Source: Felis catus
Lineage: Eukaryota
Reading direction: 5' to 3'
Length of the DNA stretch: 64,000 nucleotides
NCBI RefSeq assembly: GCF_018350175.1
Contig: NC_058383.1
Location: 20,524,001-20,588,000, forward strand
The stretch's first letter is position 1. Each line of letters begins with the position of its first letter. This document shows positions 58,892-64,000 of this stretch, piece after piece. The notes below the pieces were generated by a model, which made no database searches, had not been told where the DNA came from, and saw only the letters and a list, made by a program, of their open reading frames with translations. A program made the translations under genes and the position numbers.

Positions 58892-59120
58892 TGTTATGGG
58901 CTAACCTGTGTGCCCCCCCCCCAAATTCCTATGTTGGCGTCCTAACTGTCCAAAACCTCAGAACGGGGCTGTATCTGGAGACAGGGCCTTCCAAGAGGCG
59001 ATCAGGGTAGAATCCAGTGTGACTGGTGTCTTTATAAGAAGAGGAAAGGACACGAGGAAGGCATGGGCACAGGGGACCGCCACGTGCAAAGACAGCAAGG
59101 GGACGCCAGCTGGAGGAAGC
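58892..59120 (+). mobile_element. MLT1B-like LTR, 5' half
   Basis: tgttatgggctaacctgtgtgcccc…aatccagtgtgactggtgtctttataagaagagg. Confidence 0.85.
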
Positions 59121-59214
59121 CGATTTTGCTGGTTTCTACCAGCCAGCCCCTGAGGCACTGAGGCAGTCTGCACTCACCTGCTGGGGCTGCCGTGACGCAA
59201 GGCCACAGACTCTC

Positions 59215-60072
59215 ACTTCCTGTGTGTCTGTGTCCTAATCTCACCTGCGGATAAGGCCACCAGCCAGACTGGATTAGGGCGCACCGGATGGCCTCATTTC
59301 CCTTAACTAGAGGCCTTCCTTTAGAAGATGTGGTTTATATATACAACGGAATACTACTTGGCACTGAGAAAGAATGAAATCCTGCCATTCGCAGCGACGT
59401 GGATGGAACTGGAGGGTATTTTGCTAAGTGAAATAAGCCAGTCAACGAAAGGCAGATACCGTATGTTTTCACTCTTATATGGATCCTGAGAGACTTAACG
59501 GAAGACCATGGGGGAGGGAAAAGAGGGGGGGAGTTACAGAGAGGGAAGGAGGCAAACCATGAGAGACTCTTAAAAACTGAGAATAAACTGAGGGTTGATG
59601 GGGGTGGGGGGCAGGGAAAAGCGGGTGATGGGCATTGAGGAGGGCACCTGTTGGGCTGAGCCCTGGGTGTCGTATGGAAACCAATTTGACAATAAATTAT
59701 ATTTAATATTTAAAAAAAAGACCTTCTTTTAAAGACCCCATTTCCAGGGGCACCTGGGGGGCTCAGTCAGTTGAGCATCTGACTTTGGCTCAGGTCATGA
59801 TCTCACAGTTTGTGAGTTCGAGCCCCGCGTCGGGCTCTGTGCCGACAGCATACAGCTTGCTTCAGATCCTCTGCCCCCTCTCCCTCTGACCCTCCCCCCT
59901 CTCTCTCTGCCCCTACCCTGCTCTGTCTCTCAAAAATAAATAAATATTAAAAAAAATAATAAAACCTTAAAAAAATAAAGACCCTATTTCCAAATATGCT
60001 CACATTCTGAGGCCCTGGGGGTTAGGACCTCAGCATGTGAATTTGGTGGGGGACACAATTCGGCCCGTAACA
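59215..60072 (-). mobile_element. MLT1B/C-like LTR 5' half with nested felid L1 3' end (59324-59718, +) and Can-SINE (59747-59976, +)
   Basis: The reverse complement starts tgttacgggccgaattgtgtccccc; SINE TSD aaagaccc(c/t)atttcca at 59731-59746 and 59977-59992; L1 flanked by aggccttccttta / agaccttctttta. Confidence 0.85.
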
Positions 60073-60663
60073 GAGACCTTAAGAAAGTTGAGGAGCGAGG
60101 GAGCGGGAGAGACAGGAGTACCGGCTTCTCCGGAAAATATACTTTGGGCTAAACATGGTAGTGAAGGCACTAGATCTTTCCAAAGGCGCGGGGAGGTAAC
60201 CTATATGGCCTCCCTGCTGAAGGTCAGACGACTGAGGCCTGGCGAGTAAACATACGGTCACCCCCACCCCCAGGCGGGGAGGGAAGGGCATGTGGAGTGT
60301 CAGCCTGGGGACGCCTGACCAGCCTCTCTTCTCGCCCTCTTTTCTGGTATTCTTTGCAACTCCCAACAGAACCAATTTTGCAGAATTGGCCAGTCACAAC
60401 CGCGATACTAATGGCCCCCGGCTCTCAGGAAGGCCTGTTGCCGCAAGAGAAAACAGGGCAGACCACTTAGCAAAGTGCTCAGACCCGGCAGATGCTCTGA
60501 GCAGTGATGGCTTTTCTCATCACGGTGATTATTTTTAAGGCTTGAAAACTCTAAGTGCAAGAAAAAGAGGCTATCAGATTGGTGATTTTGCCATCTGCTT
60601 TTGGGTGCCTCGGCCAACGGCAGGAAACTGGACTGGGGATGTTTTCACACACATTAACAGCCC

Positions 60664-60721
60664 TATCCATCCATCATCCATCCATCCATCCGTCCGTCCA
60701 TCCATCCATCCATCATCTGTC

Positions 60722-60755
<34 letters not shown>

Positions 60756-60797
60756 ATCTATCTACATATCACCTATCAATCAATTAATTGATCTATC
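60664..60797. repeat. Compound (TCCA)n/(TCTA)n tetranucleotide STR
   Basis: Direct reading. Confidence 0.95.
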
Positions 60798-61337
60798 TTT
60801 AATGTAGACATAGGTGGTCTGGTTATCCCCAAAGGTGTGGATGGTCCACATGAAACTGCAGAAGCCTAGGTTTTGTTAGCTCTCTCCAATGGGCTCATCT
60901 AAACAGAACTAACCAACAACCTCCACCAGTGCCCCACCCATGCACCCTCACGTGAACCCCACACCGCTGAATCTCCAGGCGTCCGTCCCGCTGCTGCTCT
61001 GGGCGTCCACATCCCTGCACGCGGTGAATCACGTTCAGCCTCTTCTCATCCAGAGAACAGAAGCCCTCCTCCCTCCCCCACCAAGAATCCTCCTGCAAAT
61101 GTTCACTGGTCAGAGATTCTTGGTCTTGAAAGGCCAGGCCCCCAGCTCCACTCCAGGGATCTGCTTCCCGAGAATCTTCAATATTGAAGGGAAGAAGAGA
61201 AACCTCTAATAGTTACTGGCCTATGATGGACCCTTCACGCACCATATTCCTTGTTGCTTCTAACTAGTCTATGAGAGGCAGTCTGGTAGGCCCAGTGTTA
61301 CAGAGGAGGAAACTGAGACCTAAAAAGTTGAGTAACC

Positions 61338-61503
61338 GGGGCACCTGGGGGGCTCAGTCGGTTGAGCCTCTGGCTTCAGCTCGGGTCATGATCTCACAGT
61401 GAGTGAGTTGGAGCCCTGTGTGGGGCTCACTGTGGTCAGCGTTGAACCTGCTTCGGATCCTCTGCCCCCCCCCCTTCTCTCTCAAATATAAATAAACTTA
61501 AAA
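61338..61503 (+). mobile_element. Can-SINE inside an antisense MIR
   Basis: Diverged TSD aaaaagttgagtaacc / aaaaagttcaataacc; MIR text acagaggaggaaactgaga upstream. Confidence 0.88.
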
Positions 61504-61854
61504 AAAAAGTTCAATAACCTGCCAAGGTGACCCACTCACTAAGCTACAAACCCAGACCAGCTTGACTTCATATTTCTTTTTTTTAACTGTATATGATTCT
61601 TCATCTTTCTTCTTTTTTTAACGATATACGATTCTTAAGCCTCCAACGAATTTTACCCATAAGAAAACTCAGAACGGTTTGGTGATTTGCTCAGGTCATT
61701 TGGCTCCCAAGACAGAGCTGGGATCAGAAACTGGTTCTTTCAAGTCCAACGGTCCAATCAAGGGTCACTCATTCAGTCAACATCAATGAACCGAGCTAGT
61801 ATGTGGGACAACTCGAGTGCCCACAGAGGCATGACTGGATGAGCAAAACAGGCT

Positions 61855-62200
61855 CCATCCATACGCTGATGTCATTCTGCCTTAGAAAGGAAAAGCATTC
61901 TGACGTGCCACAACACGGAGGAAGCTTGAGGACATGATGCTAAACCAAATAAGCCGCTCACGAAAGGACCAATAAGGTATGAGTCCCCTTGTGTGAGGTC
62001 CCTAGCGTACTCATATTTGTAGAGAAACAAAGGGGAATGGTGGCTGCCCAGAGCTGGCGGAAGGGAGAACGGGGAGTTAGTGTTTAGTGGGTGCAAAGAT
62101 TCACATTTGCACAAAGGGTTATGGGAATGGATGTCTGCACAGTAATATGAATGTATTTAATACCACTAAACTGTGCATTCAAAAATAGTTAAAATGGTAG
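61855..62200 (+). mobile_element. L1MB-like 3'UTR
   Basis: gccttagaaaggaaaagcattctgac…gagaacggggagttagtgtttagtggg…aatgtatttaataccactaaactgtgcattcaaaaatagttaaaatgg. Confidence 0.85.
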
Positions 62201-62422
62201 TTTTTTTAATGTTTATTTACTTATGAGAGAGAGAGAGAGAGAGACAGAGACAGAGCATGAGCCGGGGAGGGGCAGAGAGAGAGGGAGACACAGAATCCGA
62301 AACAGGCTCCAGGCTCTGAGCTGTCAGCACAGAGCCCGACGCGGGGCTCGAACTCACGGACCGTGAGATCGTGACCTGAGCTGAAGTCGGACGCTTAACC
62401 GACTGAGCCACCCAGGAGCCCC
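62201..62422 (-). mobile_element. Can-SINE (a truncated antisense SINE 3' end follows at ~62435-62493)
   Basis: Flanked by taaaatggta on both sides. Confidence 0.94.
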
Positions 62423-62959
62423 TAAAATGGTAACTTTTTGAGAGAGAGAGAGAACGGGGGAGGAGCAGAGAGGGAGAGAGAGAATCCCAGGCAGAGGGAA
62501 GAGGGAGTGTGATCGACAGGCACGGCACACCGGCGTGCCCGCGGCAGAGCAGGGAGGTCCGCTGGAACAGACCAAAGAGCACACAGAGAGTGGCGGGCAA
62601 GGAAGGTAGAGAGGAAGTCAACCCCGGAAACCAAGAGAGTCATGTAAATCATTATGCGGACTTGGTTTTCTAATACGAGAAACACAGGAAAGCCGCAGTC
62701 ATGACCCAGGTGCCCACGGGGGCCAGGCAGGTAAGGTCATGAGCAGGGTAGCTCAGGTAGACTGGTGGCCGACAGGCGCACCTGCCTCATCTGAATGAGG
62801 CAACCCGTACCTGCTCCCCTTCGTTACAAATGTCCCCAAAGGAGAAGGCACGCCTGATTATCGCCTGTTCTGCTTTTCGACAGAAGCCGGGTATCTGGGT
62901 GTTTATGTAAAGCCTCCTGATTTATTTATTTTTTTTTAATATTAGCCATGAATTCCATT

Positions 62960-63620
62960 TTGACAAAGCGCCATGTCTCCCCTGCCCCCCAAAGCTTCCA
63001 GTGATAGAACTGTGACAAAGTGACCCGGTTTGGGGCCTTTGCATTATGACACCCTGTTGCCACGCGATCCTAACGTCATCAGGCGCGTCTGATAGATTTG
63101 CAGGCATTAGGAAGAATCAGGCCATTATCTTCATTGCCTGCATTCAGACAAGAGATTTAACTCCCCTTTATATAGCTACCTCTTTGGTTACAATGATCCG
63201 TGAATGTGTAGGTGTCGGTTTCTGTTACAAAGTTAAGCTGGCGGAGTCCAGGGACGGGAGTCTTCCTTGGCTTTGAACTCCTACAAGAAGGCTGTACCCC
63301 TAACAGGGGGCCAGAAATGATTTATGGGACAAAGCATTAATGGTGAATGTGCAAAAATAGCCTGCGTATGTATTGAGGATGGAAGGGAAAAAAGAGACAC
63401 AGAAATGCAATTTTGATTGTGTGAGAGGTTGATATTTAAGGCAGCCATTTTTTTTTTCTGTTTTCCAAACTCCCCATACTGTTATTAGATTGATTTTACA
63501 GCTGTCAATGGGGGAAAATGTTACGATTTAAACATATCGATTCATCTTCTAGGCCTCTCCTTCCATAGTTGCTCACCCAGGGGAGAATTCACTACAACAT
63601 CCCATTCACTGGCCCCAAGG
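62960..63620. promoter_or_regulatory. Candidate distal enhancer / conserved non-coding element
   Basis: Repeat-free; TGATTTATGG (63318-63327), CTTTGAA (63271-63277), AGCTGTCA (63500-63507). Confidence 0.45.
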
Positions 63621-63820
63621 ACGCACTCACACCATTGAGCTCACAACCACAAGATTTACAATTCAATATTATAGTTACTTCTGGGAATTCACATGATCTC
63701 ATCATCTTATGAGGGCCTGATGTCTTCCCTACACCCAGGAGCCAATCCAGACCAGACAATTCTGCCACAATCTCTGGGCTCTCTCTGCAAAAGGGTATAT
63801 TGAAGAAATGGTGAGCCTTA

Positions 63821-64000
63821 CCTGTCAGAATGGCTCACATTAACAACTCAGGCAACAACAGGTGTTGGCGAGGGTGCGGAGAAAGAGGATCTCCTTGCGC
63901 TGCTGGTGGGAATGCAAACTGGTGCAGCCGCTCTGGAAAACAGTATGGAGGTTCCTCAAAAAACTAAAACTAGAACTACCCTACGACCTCAGCCATGGCA
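63821..64000 (+). mobile_element. 5'-truncated felid L1 (ORF2 C-terminal region), continues past the window end
   Basis: cctgtcagaatggct…ggtgggaatgcaaactggtgcagccgctctggaaaacagtatggaggttcctcaaaaaactaaaa. Confidence 0.93.

Noticed and set aside
1943..62621. Recurrent similar ORFs (MAQSVKRPTSAQV…, MGQRETEHERGRGRERGRHRIG…, GAPGWRSRLSVRLQPGHDL…) that look like a gene family
   Set aside because: All are translations of Can-SINE copies in different frames, not genes.

Overview
Mammalian non-coding DNA, almost certainly from a cat or another felid. It carries about 50 tRNA-Lys-derived Can-SINE copies, many matching the young felid SINEC_Fc type with intact target-site duplications (TSDs). It also has carnivore L1 3' ends and older eutherian repeats (MIR, L2, L1M, MaLR/ERVL/MER21-like LTRs, MER5, MER20, Tigger2-like). 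I find no credible protein-coding exon, RNA gene or CRISPR-like system; the listed ORFs come from SINEs, other repeats, microsatellites or chance. Between the repeats are several repeat-free blocks (about 10.8-11.9 kb, 13.9-14.1 kb, 42.6-43.0 kb, 52.9-53.3 kb, 63.0-63.6 kb) with homeodomain/PBX-HOX, FOX, TCF, AP-1 or STAT motifs. They look like distal enhancers in a gene desert or large intron; this is inference, as conservation was not checked. The best-supported unusual structures are an inverted (twin-primed) L1 whose inversion junction was later duplicated, nested and tandem SINE stacks, and an inverted pair of MLT1 5' halves. I do not see evidence for a new biological system. Repeat subfamily names come from recalled consensus sequences and are approximate.
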